Assembly: GCA_028277885.1 (NCBI GenBank)
Contig: JANQFK010000022.1
Coordinates: forward strand, 176,052 to 240,051
Source: Myxococcota bacterium
GTDB lineage: Bacteria > Myxococcota_A > UBA9160 > UBA6930
DNA: 64,000 nucleotides
Reading direction: 5' to 3'
Position numbers and translations under genes: made by a program
In this document: positions 9,372-18,368 of the stretch, piece by piece
Layout of the letters: every line of letters begins with the position of its first letter
Position numbering within the stretch: the stretch's first letter is position 1
The notes under the pieces: model-generated
Database searches by the model: none
What the model saw: only the letters and a program-made list of their open reading frames with translations
Told to the model about the DNA's origin: nothing

Positions 9372-11245
9372 GGCGCGGGCGTCAGGTCCAGGAACAGCGA
9401 GATGTACTCGCCGTTCTTCGACACCTCCACCAGGCCGAGCTGCAGTCCCAGGAAGTCCGGCAGCGGGAACGACTCGAGCGAGGTCAGGAGATCCGGCAGG
9501 GCCGAGGGCAGGATGCCCTCGAGCAGGCTCTCCACCGTCGCCTCGAAGATGCCGAGCTTGTCCCGGATGATGTCGACGTTGATCTCCTGGGCCACCACGG
9601 CGCCGAGCGTGAAGGAGAGCTCGCCGGCCGCGAACGTGATGTCGAGCCCCACGGTCAGGTCCACCACGCCCTGGAGGTACGTCTTCAGGTTGTTGTTCCG
9701 GATGTTCACCTGGAGCTGGGCGATGCGCATCTCCGCGAGCTCGCCCAGGGGTCCGGGCGCGCCCGTGATGAGCGGGGCCGTGGTCGGCCGCAGCTCGAGC
9801 ACGAGGGCCTCGTCCGGGTCCACGGTGCCGAACTCGGGGATGACCGACGCCAGCACGCCGGCGGTGAGCGGCACCGGGTCCGGGATGACGGGCGGGATCG
9901 CGATCTCGTTGATGTTCTGGATCAACAGGCCGCTCTCGATCTCGGCCTTGAGGAGCTGGTTGAAGGCCGAGGTGGAGAGGGAGATCGCGAGCTCGTAGGG
10001 GAGCGCGCCCGGACTGAGCGCCTCGCAGGTGCCGCCGGGACAGTTCGCGTCCACGTCGCAGGCGTTGCCGTCGTTGCTCCCGCCGACGCAGTGGGCGAAG
10101 GACGGGAAGGGCTCCGGGATGTGGTAGGAGGCCGTGAGATCCACCGCCATGGGGTCGGGCATGGAGGCCGTGATGCGTGCGTCGGAGTCGAGGGTGAGGC
10201 CCTCGACGTCCTCGAACACGTCGAAGAGCGGCGTCTCGAGGCTCACGCCGACGGCCTGGCCGAGGGGGCCCGAGATCTCGATCTCGGCCAGGGCCAGCTC
10301 GACCTCGTCGGCGATGGGGCCGTCGAGGGGCCCGGAGCCGTCCGGATCGTTCAGGAAGCCGGCGAGGGCTCCCTGCACCTCGGCGGTGACGTCGCTCTCG
10401 ATGATCCCGAAGAACTGCGCCACCTCGCACAGGAAGCCCGAGGTGATCTCGAAGTCGAAGCCGGTCCCGCCGAAGCTGAGGTTCCCCTGCTGGACGACGT
10501 CGATCAGGCTGGGATCGCCGGCGTCGGCCTGGAGGTCGTAGACGCCGTCCACCTCGACCAGGCTGCTGGTGATGCGACCGTCGCAGTTCGGAGCCAGGAA
10601 GCCCTGGCCGTCGAGGAAGACGTTCACGACCACGTTGTTGAGGTCGATGTTGGCCGCCACGTTGCCGTTGGACAGGGCGTCGATGTCGAGGCCGAAGGGC
10701 TGGCTGAACGACGGCGCCGGGTTGCGGACCGAGATGTCGAAGTCCCACACCGCTTCGACGGTGAGCAGGAAGAGGCCCACGGGCACCAGGGTGGCGAGAT
10801 CGATGCTGATGCCCGACTGGACGATCGACTGGGCCTCGTCGAGGCCCGAGTCGTTGAGCCGCAGGGCGACGCCCATGGGGGAGAAGGCGCCGTCGGCGAT
10901 CGACTCGCCCTGGAAGACGGTGACGCGGTCGCGCACGTCCTTGTTGGCGAAGCCGTAGGTGTACCGGACCAGGATCGGGTTCACGATGTCGGTGAGGTTC
11001 ACCGTCGCCGAGAAGGAGCCGCCGCCGCCCACGGGGGTGACGACGCCGTTCACGCGCAGCGTGCCGTCGGCTCGCGGGTTCAGCACGACACCGGCAACGG
11101 ACACGCTCGTCGCCGTGGTGAAGATGCCGTGGTCCGGGGTCGCGATGACGACCCTCGGGTCCGGCGTGCCGCAGGGCATGCCGAGCAGACCGAGGACGGA
11201 GACGGCGACGAGAGCCGCGAGCGAGGAGCGGGCGCGCTGGTTCAC
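9368..11245 (-). CDS. secreted lipoprotein: N-terminal Ig-like domain, then a possible BPI/LBP/CETP-like (TULIP) lipid-binding fold with a Cys-rich insert
   Basis: Track ORF 9368..11473 trimmed to GTG 11245, preceded by GGGGGA. Signal peptide VNQRARSSLAALVAVSVLGLLGMPC. Visibly lower GC, rich in N/I/F/D. C-terminus is FPLPDFLGLQLGLVEVSKNGEYISLFLDL. Confidence 0.85.
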   Translation of the reverse strand: MNQRARSSLAALVAVSVLGLLGMPCGTPDPRVVIATPDHGIFTTATSVSVAGVVLNPRADGTLRVNGVVTPVGGGGSFSATVNLTDIVNPILVRYTYGFANKDVRDRVTVFQGESIADGAFSPMGVALRLNDSGLDEAQSIVQSGISIDLATLVPVGLFLLTVEAVWDFDISVRNPAPSFSQPFGLDIDALSNGNVAANIDLNNVVVNVFLDGQGFLAPNCDGRITSSLVEVDGVYDLQADAGDPSLIDVVQQGNLSFGGTGFDFEITSGFLCEVAQFFGIIESDVTAEVQGALAGFLNDPDGSGPLDGPIADEVELALAEIEISGPLGQAVGVSLETPLFDVFEDVEGLTLDSDARITASMPDPMAVDLTASYHIPEPFPSFAHCVGGSNDGNACDVDANCPGGTCEALSPGALPYELAISLSTSAFNQLLKAEIESGLLIQNINEIAIPPVIPDPVPLTAGVLASVIPEFGTVDPDEALVLELRPTTAPLITGAPGPLGELAEMRIAQLQVNIRNNNLKTYLQGVVDLTVGLDITFAAGELSFTLGAVVAQEINVDIIRDKLGIFEATVESLLEGILPSALPDLLTSLESFPLPDFLGLQLGLVEVSKNGEYISLFLDLTPAP

Positions 11246-11521
11246 GGAGATCCCCCAGACCGGACGAGAGCCCGTCGGCTCGCGTTGCCGGCTGCTTTCC
11301 CGGCCGACGCGGCCGGGCTCATTGTTGCAGGGCGCCTGGGGGAAGGGCGTGCGGCGCCTGAACCCTCGGGCGCCCTGGAGAGGAGAGGTCGCTGCTCCGC
11401 CGCCTCTCGACCTCGCAAATTGGGCGATATCACACCGCCGTGTCAAGGATTTTCTGCACCACCCCCGGCGCAACGGGGCCCCGTTTGGAGGGCGATGGAG
11501 GGCGATGGCAGGGGTCCGACG

Positions 11522-12895
11522 TCAGCGCAGGTAGCCGAGAGCCTCGAGCGCGTCCCGCGTCCCGGCGTCCAGCGAGGGCTCCGGCAACCCGCGGGGGTCG
11601 GGCAGGCTCGCCTCGACGCGCGAGAGCTCGAGGGAAAGCGCCTCCGGCACCCGCGGGTCCGCGGGCCCGAGCGGCTCCCGCTCGCCGGGATCGCGATCCA
11701 GCCGGTACCAGGTGTGGCTCCCGTCCGTGTGGACCAGGAGCTTCCACGGGCCCCGGAGCAGCGCCCGGCGGTGCTGGCTGCGCCCCTTCAGGAGCTCCAG
11801 CACGAGGTCGCGCTCGGGGAGCGCCCCCTCGGCGAGCAGGTTCCGGCCGCGCATGCCGGGCGCGGCCTCGACCCCCGCCAGGGCGAGCAGGGTGGTCGGG
11901 ACGTCGAGCAGGTCCACGGCCTCGTCGCGCCGCGCCCCGACGCCGGGGCGCCGGAAGTCGCGCAGAGCGAGGGGCGCTCGCAGCACCTCGTCGTGGAGGG
12001 TCAGGCCGTGGCCCCAGCCGCCGTGGTCGCCGAACTCCTCGCCGTGGTCCGCAGTCACCACCACGACGGCGTTGCGGGCGAGGCCGCGGCGCTCGAGCTC
12101 CGCCAGCAGCTCGCCGAGGGCCGCGTCCACCTGTGCCACCTCGGCGTCGTACAGGTCGAAGAGCCAGCGGCGCTCCTCGGCATCGGGCTCGCGCCCGGTC
12201 CTCGCCATCTCGATCAGGGCATCGGTGCTGACGCCGTCGGGGCGCTCGCCCGCGTCCCGGCGGAAGGTCTCCCGGAAGGGGCGCGTCGGTGCGTAGGGGG
12301 TGTGGGGGTCCACGTAGTGGACGTACAGGAACAGGGGGCGCGTGGTCTCGGCGGGCAGTCGGCGCAGCAGCCGCTGGTTCACCTCACGCGCCCGCGGAAG
12401 GCGGAGGCTCTGGCGGCGCCCCCCCAGCTCGATCTCCAGGGTGTCGAGGAAGGCCCCCGCCGGCGCCGGCATCATCAGCGGCTCGAAGACGTCGAAGCCC
12501 CGCGCGAAGCCGAAGCGCTCGGCGACCTGGATCGGGTTCCCCGAGACCGCGATGGTGTGGTAGCCGGCGTCGCGCAGTAGCTCGGCCAGCACGGGCACCG
12601 CGTCGTCGAGGCCGTCGCCGAGCCGCGCGATGCCGTGCTCGGAGGAGAGCCGCGACGTGAAGAGCGATCCCACCGAGGGCTTCGTCCAGGAGCTGGGTGC
12701 GAAGGCGCGGGTGAAGAGGACGCCCTCGGCGGCGAGACCGTCGAAGCTCGGCGAGGTGGGACGGTCGTGTCCGTAGGCGCCGAGGCGGTCGGCGCGCAGG
12801 GTGTCGACGACGACCAGGACGAGGTGCGGGGGCGCGGCGGGCCCCTCGCCCGCACAGGCGATCAGCGCCGCCAGGCACCCGAGCCCGACCCGCAC
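11522..12895 (-). CDS. sulfatase-fold (alkaline-phosphatase superfamily) lipoprotein, Thr at the nucleophile position
   Basis: Track ORF 11522..14431 trimmed to GTG 12895 (VRVGLGCLAALIAC lipobox). Motifs VVVDTLRADRLG, SSWTKPSVGSLFTSR..HGI, VVVTADHGEEFGDHGGWGHG. C-terminal tail is ALEALGYLR*. Confidence 0.9.
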   Translation of the reverse strand: MRVGLGCLAALIACAGEGPAAPPHLVLVVVDTLRADRLGAYGHDRPTSPSFDGLAAEGVLFTRAFAPSSWTKPSVGSLFTSRLSSEHGIARLGDGLDDAVPVLAELLRDAGYHTIAVSGNPIQVAERFGFARGFDVFEPLMMPAPAGAFLDTLEIELGGRRQSLRLPRAREVNQRLLRRLPAETTRPLFLYVHYVDPHTPYAPTRPFRETFRRDAGERPDGVSTDALIEMARTGREPDAEERRWLFDLYDAEVAQVDAALGELLAELERRGLARNAVVVVTADHGEEFGDHGGWGHGLTLHDEVLRAPLALRDFRRPGVGARRDEAVDLLDVPTTLLALAGVEAAPGMRGRNLLAEGALPERDLVLELLKGRSQHRRALLRGPWKLLVHTDGSHTWYRLDRDPGEREPLGPADPRVPEALSLELSRVEASLPDPRGLPEPSLDAGTRDALEALGYLR

Positions 12896-12903
12896 CGCGC
12901 GGC

Positions 12904-14418
12904 TCAGGGTCGCTCCGTCGACTCCTCGTCGAGGGTGGTGATCTCGGCCTCGAGGAGGAACTGGTAGGCGAACAGGGAGGGCCAGAGCCGCGCCAGGGCG
13001 TGGTAGGCCGAGGCGATCCCGCGCACCAGCCGGCTGCGCCCGGTGGACTCGAACACCACCTCGAAGGGCAGGGCGGTCACGCGCTGGCGCAGGATGCGGA
13101 AGCCGGCCTGCTCCACGGCGCGCCGGAAGCTGCTGCGGGTGTAGAGGTGGACGTGGGTCTCGTCCAGGACGCCGCGGGGCCCGTACTCGAAGCGGCCGGC
13201 AAGGAGCGAGAGGCGGTAGAACCAGAGCGCCACGTTGGGGGTCGAGATCAGCAGCCGCCCCTCGGGCTTGAGGTAGCGCCGCACCCCGCGCAGCACCTCG
13301 GTGCGGCTGCGCAGGTGCTCGATCACGTCGGAGCAGATCACGTAGTCGAAGACGCGGCCCGTGGGCAGCTCGAGGGGCTGCTCGAGGTCGCGCTGGTGGA
13401 AGGCGTGCAGGTCCTCGGTGAGCCGGCGCGGCGCCTCGAGGTCCACCCCCGTCACCTCGACGCCCTTCTGGCGCAGCGGCCGCGCCAGCAGCCCCTGGGA
13501 GCAGCCCAGGTCGAGCACCCGGCTGCCCGGCTCGATGGCGTCCACGATCTGCATGTGGGAGCCGGTCGGGCTCCGCTTGAGCGTGTAGTGGACGTCGGGC
13601 TCGACGAAGTAGCTGCCGCTGCGCGTGAGGTGGAGCTGGTGGAGCCGGTAGTCGAGGGCGGCGGCGGTGAAGCGCAGCACGTGGAGGAGCCCGCGCGGGC
13701 TGGAGGGGTACTCCTTCCAGCTCGGCGGGAGCGGCACCTCGACCACGGGTGCGCCCAGGGCCCGGCACTGGACCAAGGTCTGCATGTCGAAGACGCGGTC
13801 GTCGGCGTTCAGCTGGAACGGGATCGCGCGCAGGGCGCGGGCCGCGTACACGCGGAAGCCCGAGTGGTAGTCGCCGAGGCGCAGGCCCAGCAGCCGGTTC
13901 TGGACCGCGGTGGCGGCGAGGTGCGCGATCCAGTGGGGCAGGCGCACCTCGGGCCGCTCGCGCTGCATGCGCCGGGTGGCGATCACGAGCGCGCCGGGCT
14001 CCGCGAGGGCGGCCTGGAGCAGCTCCGGCAGGGCCTCGCCGGGGTGGCGCCCGTCGCCCCGCATCGTCACCGCGAAGTCGAAGCCCCGGAGCAGCACGTA
14101 CTCGAAGGCCGACTTGCGCGCCGCGCCGGCGCCGGGCTCGCCGGGGGTGCGGTGGATGCGGATCTCGAGCCGTCGCTCGGGTGCGAGCTCGCGGAGCGGC
14201 GACGAGAGGTCGCCGGCCCCGGGCTCGGGCACCACCACGAGCTCCTCGATGCAGTCGTCGAGGGCGGCGGGGATCGCCTCGATGCTGCGGCGCAGCAGCG
14301 CGGCGTCGGCGACCGAGAACAGCAGCAGGGCGATGCGCGGGAAGCCCTCGCCGCGCTCGCGCCGGGTGCGCAGCAGCGTCTCGAGGGGCTTCTCGCCCGC
14401 CTGGGGGTCCGCGGCCAT
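12904..14418 (-). CDS. bifunctional GT2-like glycosyltransferase / class I SAM-dependent methyltransferase
   Basis: Track ORF 12904..14619 trimmed to ATG 14418 (MAADPQAGEKPLE). N-terminal half is DPM1/GtrB-like (TMRGDGRHP, DYHSGFRVY). C-terminal half has VLDLGCSQG, ICSDVIEHL and LKPEGRLLISTPN. Confidence 0.9.
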   Translation of the reverse strand: MAADPQAGEKPLETLLRTRRERGEGFPRIALLLFSVADAALLRRSIEAIPAALDDCIEELVVVPEPGAGDLSSPLRELAPERRLEIRIHRTPGEPGAGAARKSAFEYVLLRGFDFAVTMRGDGRHPGEALPELLQAALAEPGALVIATRRMQRERPEVRLPHWIAHLAATAVQNRLLGLRLGDYHSGFRVYAARALRAIPFQLNADDRVFDMQTLVQCRALGAPVVEVPLPPSWKEYPSSPRGLLHVLRFTAAALDYRLHQLHLTRSGSYFVEPDVHYTLKRSPTGSHMQIVDAIEPGSRVLDLGCSQGLLARPLRQKGVEVTGVDLEAPRRLTEDLHAFHQRDLEQPLELPTGRVFDYVICSDVIEHLRSRTEVLRGVRRYLKPEGRLLISTPNVALWFYRLSLLAGRFEYGPRGVLDETHVHLYTRSSFRRAVEQAGFRILRQRVTALPFEVVFESTGRSRLVRGIASAYHALARLWPSLFAYQFLLEAEITTLDEESTERP

Positions 14419-14494
14419 GACGCTCCAGCATAGGCGATGGCGGGCGGCGGGGTCCCAGGGCGCGGGCGGGCTCCGCGAGCTGAAGGGGGCAGGG

Positions 14495-16198
14495 TCAGGG
14501 AGCGGTCGGGGCCAGGCAGCGGGTCGGATCCAGGCGCGCCCACCCGAAGCCGCGCGCGCGTTCCAGCTCCACCACGCAGCCGCCTCCCCGCGCGCGGTCG
14601 AGGGCGGGCAGCGGCGCATAGAGGCGCGCCCCCCAGCCGCCGAAGGCCAGGCGCACCTCGGGGCCGCGCCGGATGCCGAGGTCCGGGAAGGCGCGGTCCG
14701 CTGCGCGGAGGTAGTCGAAGACGTGGTCCGCGCTCTGGGGGCGCTTCGGGTTCCCGCGCATGCGCCAGGCGTGGATCACCACCACGTCGACCCGGTCCCA
14801 GCGGAAGCGCGAGATCACCGCGTCCTCGAAGGTGTGGCTGCCGGCGAACTTGGCCGGGTCCCAGCGCGCCGGGGCGTCGGCCGACCCCAGGGTCTGCATC
14901 GCGAGCCGCGCCGGGTGGAAGTGCGGCATCAGCACGAAGTAGGTCTCCTCGTCGACCAGCAGCACGCCGGGCCGCGCGCGGGTCTCGGCCAGGAAGGCGC
15001 CGGCCCGCTCCACGCTGGCCCGGGGCACCACGCCCTCCAGGTGGCGCCGCGAGTCGAGCTGCGCGGTTCCCGCCAGGCTGCGCAGCGGAGCCGGGTAGGC
15101 GAGCAGCCCGGCGAGCACGGCGAGCGCGGCCCAGCGCCAGGGTGCCGGCGCCGTCGCCGCGGCGACCACGCCGTGCGCGATCCCCGGCAGCAGGATCGGA
15201 GCGAGCCAGATCGAGTGGCGGGACTCGCCGAAGGGGAACACCGCCGCCAGCGAGAGCGTCACCGCGGCGGCGACGCCGAAGAGGGCGAGGGCCGGCAGCA
15301 GCAGGGCGCGGCGGCGGAGCGCGGCGACGAGCCCCACCCCGAGGAGCAGCACGGCGAGGGCGTCCCAGGCGGGATCGATCCAGTAGCGCAGCACGCCCAC
15401 GCCGCCCTCGAGCAGGCCGGCGAGGTCGGCGTGGAAGTACGGCCGCAGCCAGGTGGCGCGGGCCGAGCGCAGGTGGTCGCCTCCCACCAGCGTGGCGTTC
15501 ACGTGGCTCCACCACAGCCAGAGCACCCCGGCGAGGGCGGGCAGCTGGACGCCCGCCAGGGTGACGAGACGCCGCCGCTCGAGGGCGCCGGCCAGCCAGA
15601 GCAGGCCCGCCGCGCCGCTCGCCGCCGCCGCGAACAGCCACGAGCCGTAGTGGATCGCGATGGCGACGGCGAGCAGCGCACCCCAGGCCACGGCGTCCCG
15701 GGGCCGGCCGTGGCCGGCGAAGCGCGCCAGCAGCCACAGCCCGACGGCCAGCACCAGGAGCTGGAGCGTGTAGGGCCGGATCACCTGGGACTGGGCGATG
15801 GCGCCGGGGGAGATCGCGAGCAGGAGCGCCGCGACGAGCCCCGTCGGCGTGCCGAGCAGGGCGCGGGCCGCGGCGTAGAGGGCGGGAACCGCGAGCACGC
15901 CGCAGAGCAGGGCGGGTGCCCGCAAGGCCTCGAAGTCGAGGCTCAGCGCCCCGGCGGCGCGCACCACCAGGAAGAACAGCGGTGGGTGGGCGTTGCTCGC
16001 GACCTCGGTCGCGAACCGCTCCCACGAGGGCCAGCTCGCCGCCGAGTAGTAGATGCCCTCGTCGGGGTTGAGCCAGAACCCGAGGAAGCCCGGCAGGCGC
16101 AGGCCCAGGGCGACGAGGGCGAGGGCCGCCACCGCGAAGGGCGCGAGCCGCTCGAGCCACTCGAGCCGGGCGGGCGCCTCCGGGGGCGTTGCGGGCAT
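14495..16198 (-). CDS. GT-C family glycosyltransferase (ArnT/PMT-like)
   Basis: 567-aa polytopic protein. First-loop motif WLNPDEGIYYSAA. C-terminal soluble domain. Confidence 0.85.
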   Translation of the reverse strand: MPATPPEAPARLEWLERLAPFAVAALALVALGLRLPGFLGFWLNPDEGIYYSAASWPSWERFATEVASNAHPPLFFLVVRAAGALSLDFEALRAPALLCGVLAVPALYAAARALLGTPTGLVAALLLAISPGAIAQSQVIRPYTLQLLVLAVGLWLLARFAGHGRPRDAVAWGALLAVAIAIHYGSWLFAAAASGAAGLLWLAGALERRRLVTLAGVQLPALAGVLWLWWSHVNATLVGGDHLRSARATWLRPYFHADLAGLLEGGVGVLRYWIDPAWDALAVLLLGVGLVAALRRRALLLPALALFGVAAAVTLSLAAVFPFGESRHSIWLAPILLPGIAHGVVAAATAPAPWRWAALAVLAGLLAYPAPLRSLAGTAQLDSRRHLEGVVPRASVERAGAFLAETRARPGVLLVDEETYFVLMPHFHPARLAMQTLGSADAPARWDPAKFAGSHTFEDAVISRFRWDRVDVVVIHAWRMRGNPKRPQSADHVFDYLRAADRAFPDLGIRRGPEVRLAFGGWGARLYAPLPALDRARGGGCVVELERARGFGWARLDPTRCLAPTAP

Positions 16199-16250
16199 GC
16201 CGGGGTAGGTAGCGCAGCGCCGGCGGCGCTTCGGGGGCGCCGCCGCGGCG

Positions 16251-18368
16251 TCAGGGGCGGCTCAGCTCCACCAGGCCGAGGAGCGCCTGGGCGGGCGGGG
16301 CCGAGGGGTCCCGCGGCCGGCGGCTGCGCTCGACGTACTCGCGCACGAGGCGCAGCTGGAGTCGGGAGCGCGGATCCTCGGGCGCGAGCGCCATCAGCGC
16401 GCGCGCCTCGACGAGGGCCTGCACCGGGCGGTCGAGTCGCAGCAGGTCGTAGACGAGTCGCTGGCGCGGCCGCCTCGCGTCGGGGTCGAGGGCGATGAGG
16501 GCGCGCTCGGCCGCGATCGCCTCCTCGTAGGCGCCCAGCCGGGCGTAGCTCCAGCCGCGCAGCGCGAGGTCCCGGGGGTGCTCGGGCTCGCCGTCCGGGC
16601 GGCTGCGCAGCAGGGCGTCGGCGGCCGGGCCGCGCACCCAGCCCCAGCGGCGCGCCCACTCGGGGCGCTCGCGGATCACCCGCGCCGGGTCGACGCCCTG
16701 CTCGGCGTCGAAGGGGACGCGCTGGGTCCGGTACCAGGCCTCCACCCGGGCGAGGTTCGCCGCGTTGCTCTCGTTGCGGCGCAGGTAGAGGGCGTCCTTC
16801 ACCGTGCGCCAGACGGGCAGCCAGCCCGGTGCGCGCTCCAGGTGGGCCGAGGTGTAGTGGCGGTCGCCGGGCGCCCCCGTGCCGTGGAAGACGTCGACGC
16901 CGCGCCGGTCGAGCAGCCCGAGGAGGTCCTCGCCGGCCTTCCCCCCGCGCCGCTCCTGCGCGGCCAGGTAGTCCTCGAAGACGTCGAGGCCGTAGTGCTC
17001 GGTGCGGCTGTCGATGAAGGTGCGCAGGCGCGGCGCCAGCCGGTAGCCGAGGAAGCCCCCCATCGCGTAGCTGTTGAACAGGTTGCCCTCGAGACCGGTC
17101 TCCTCGAGGAAGCGCACGCTCTCGCCGTGGAACTTCCGCACGTCCCAGGTGGCCTCGAGGTAGGCGGCCGGCGCGCGCGGAATCCGGGCGAGCCGCGCGC
17201 GGTGGAAGGGCACCTGGGGCATCGCCACGGCGAGGGCCGCGGCGATCCCCGCAGCCGCCCAGGCCAGGGCCCGGCTGCGCGGCGCGGGACCGGCGAGGCG
17301 CAGGGCGCGCAGCACGTAGAGGAGCGGGAAGATCCCCATCCACAGGAAGCGCACGGACGCGAGGGCGGCCAGCACGGCGGCGGACGCGACGCCGAGCAGC
17401 AGCGGGTCCGCGGGAGCGAGGGTCTCCCGCCCGGGGCGGCGCAGGAAGCGGAGCGAGACGGCGAGGGCGCTGGCCGCGAAGAGGAGCAGCACCGCGTCCG
17501 CGAGCCCCCAGGCCAGCACGCTCACCGAAGGCGCCGCGGGCGGGGAGAAGGGATCGAAGCGGGCCCACTCGTCGATCACGGCCCAGATGGCGCTCTCCGC
17601 CGAGGAGGTGAAGAAGGTGAGGTGCTGGCCGATGCCGCGCGGGTTCAGCAGGCTCGCCGCCAGGGCGAGGCCGAGGGCCACGGCGAGGCGCCGGGCGTGG
17701 CGCGCCTCCCGGGCGGGCTCCACCCCGACCTCGGCGCCGCGCGCGCCGGCCCAGCGCGCCAGGCCGACGCGCAGCGCGATTCCCATCAGCGCCGCCACGC
17801 CCAGCAGCGGACCGAGGGCGAAGAGCGAGTGGGCGTTGGCCCAGAGCCCGATCCCCACCGCGCTCGCCGCCACCACGCCCCAGCCCGGCCGCCGCCTCGG
17901 CGCCAGCAGCCCGCTCCACACGAGCAGGGTGGCGGGGATGCTGACGAGATCCGGGCGCAGCTGCATCAGCCGGGGCCAGGCCAGCACGGCGAACACCGCC
18001 GTCGCCGCCGCGGCCTCGGCGAGGCCCGGGCTCTCGCGGCGCAGGGCTGCGAGCCCCAGCCCGAGGATGCCCACCACGGCGAGCACGTGGGCGACGCGCA
18101 GCCCGTCGAGGCCGGCGAGCACCTCGACGCCGTGCACGCCCACGCCGAAGAGCCACTCGTGCTGCACCGGCGCGTCGTCGTGGGCGGTGTGGAGGAGCGG
18201 GTCGCCGTCGGGCCAGGGCCCCTCGCGGGCGTAGACCTCGCCCATGGCGAGGTGCCACCAGAGGTCGTTGGTGCGCAGCGGGCCGCCACACAGGTAGAGG
18301 AGCTGGAGCGCGAGGAGCGCGAGGCCGAGGAGCGCCGCGACGTCTGCGCCGCGGCCGGGTCGCTTCAT
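16251..18368 (-). CDS. polytopic membrane protein with C-terminal TPR-like region (putative GT-C-type transferase or polymerase)
   Basis: Track ORF 16251..19904 trimmed to ATG 18368 (MKRPGRGADVAALLGLALL...). Motif LRTNDLWWHLAMGEVY. More than 10 TM segments. The tail has TPR-like helices (GWSYARLGAYEEAIAAERALIALDP). Confidence 0.85.
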   Translation of the reverse strand: MKRPGRGADVAALLGLALLALQLLYLCGGPLRTNDLWWHLAMGEVYAREGPWPDGDPLLHTAHDDAPVQHEWLFGVGVHGVEVLAGLDGLRVAHVLAVVGILGLGLAALRRESPGLAEAAAATAVFAVLAWPRLMQLRPDLVSIPATLLVWSGLLAPRRRPGWGVVAASAVGIGLWANAHSLFALGPLLGVAALMGIALRVGLARWAGARGAEVGVEPAREARHARRLAVALGLALAASLLNPRGIGQHLTFFTSSAESAIWAVIDEWARFDPFSPPAAPSVSVLAWGLADAVLLLFAASALAVSLRFLRRPGRETLAPADPLLLGVASAAVLAALASVRFLWMGIFPLLYVLRALRLAGPAPRSRALAWAAAGIAAALAVAMPQVPFHRARLARIPRAPAAYLEATWDVRKFHGESVRFLEETGLEGNLFNSYAMGGFLGYRLAPRLRTFIDSRTEHYGLDVFEDYLAAQERRGGKAGEDLLGLLDRRGVDVFHGTGAPGDRHYTSAHLERAPGWLPVWRTVKDALYLRRNESNAANLARVEAWYRTQRVPFDAEQGVDPARVIRERPEWARRWGWVRGPAADALLRSRPDGEPEHPRDLALRGWSYARLGAYEEAIAAERALIALDPDARRPRQRLVYDLLRLDRPVQALVEARALMALAPEDPRSRLQLRLVREYVERSRRPRDPSAPPAQALLGLVELSRP

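Noticed and set aside
9368-11245. Lower-GC stretches (here and at 57993-59135) as horizontally acquired islands.
   Set aside because: Both coincide exactly with single secreted-protein genes rich in N/I/F/Y/T/D, which explains the composition. There are no flanking tRNA, integrase, direct repeats or IS remnants.
7451-12580. 1709-aa plus-strand ORF spanning several genes.
   Set aside because: It is Arg/Pro/Gly-rich nonsense running out of frame or antisense across the third GT-C gene, the lipoprotein gene and the sulfatase-fold gene, all of which have convincing frames.
12896-14431. N-terminal extension of track ORF 11522..14431 upstream of the sulfatase-fold domain.
   Set aside because: It runs out of frame over the GT2-methyltransferase gene. 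GTG 12895 yields a lipoprotein signal peptide 8 nt after the upstream stop.
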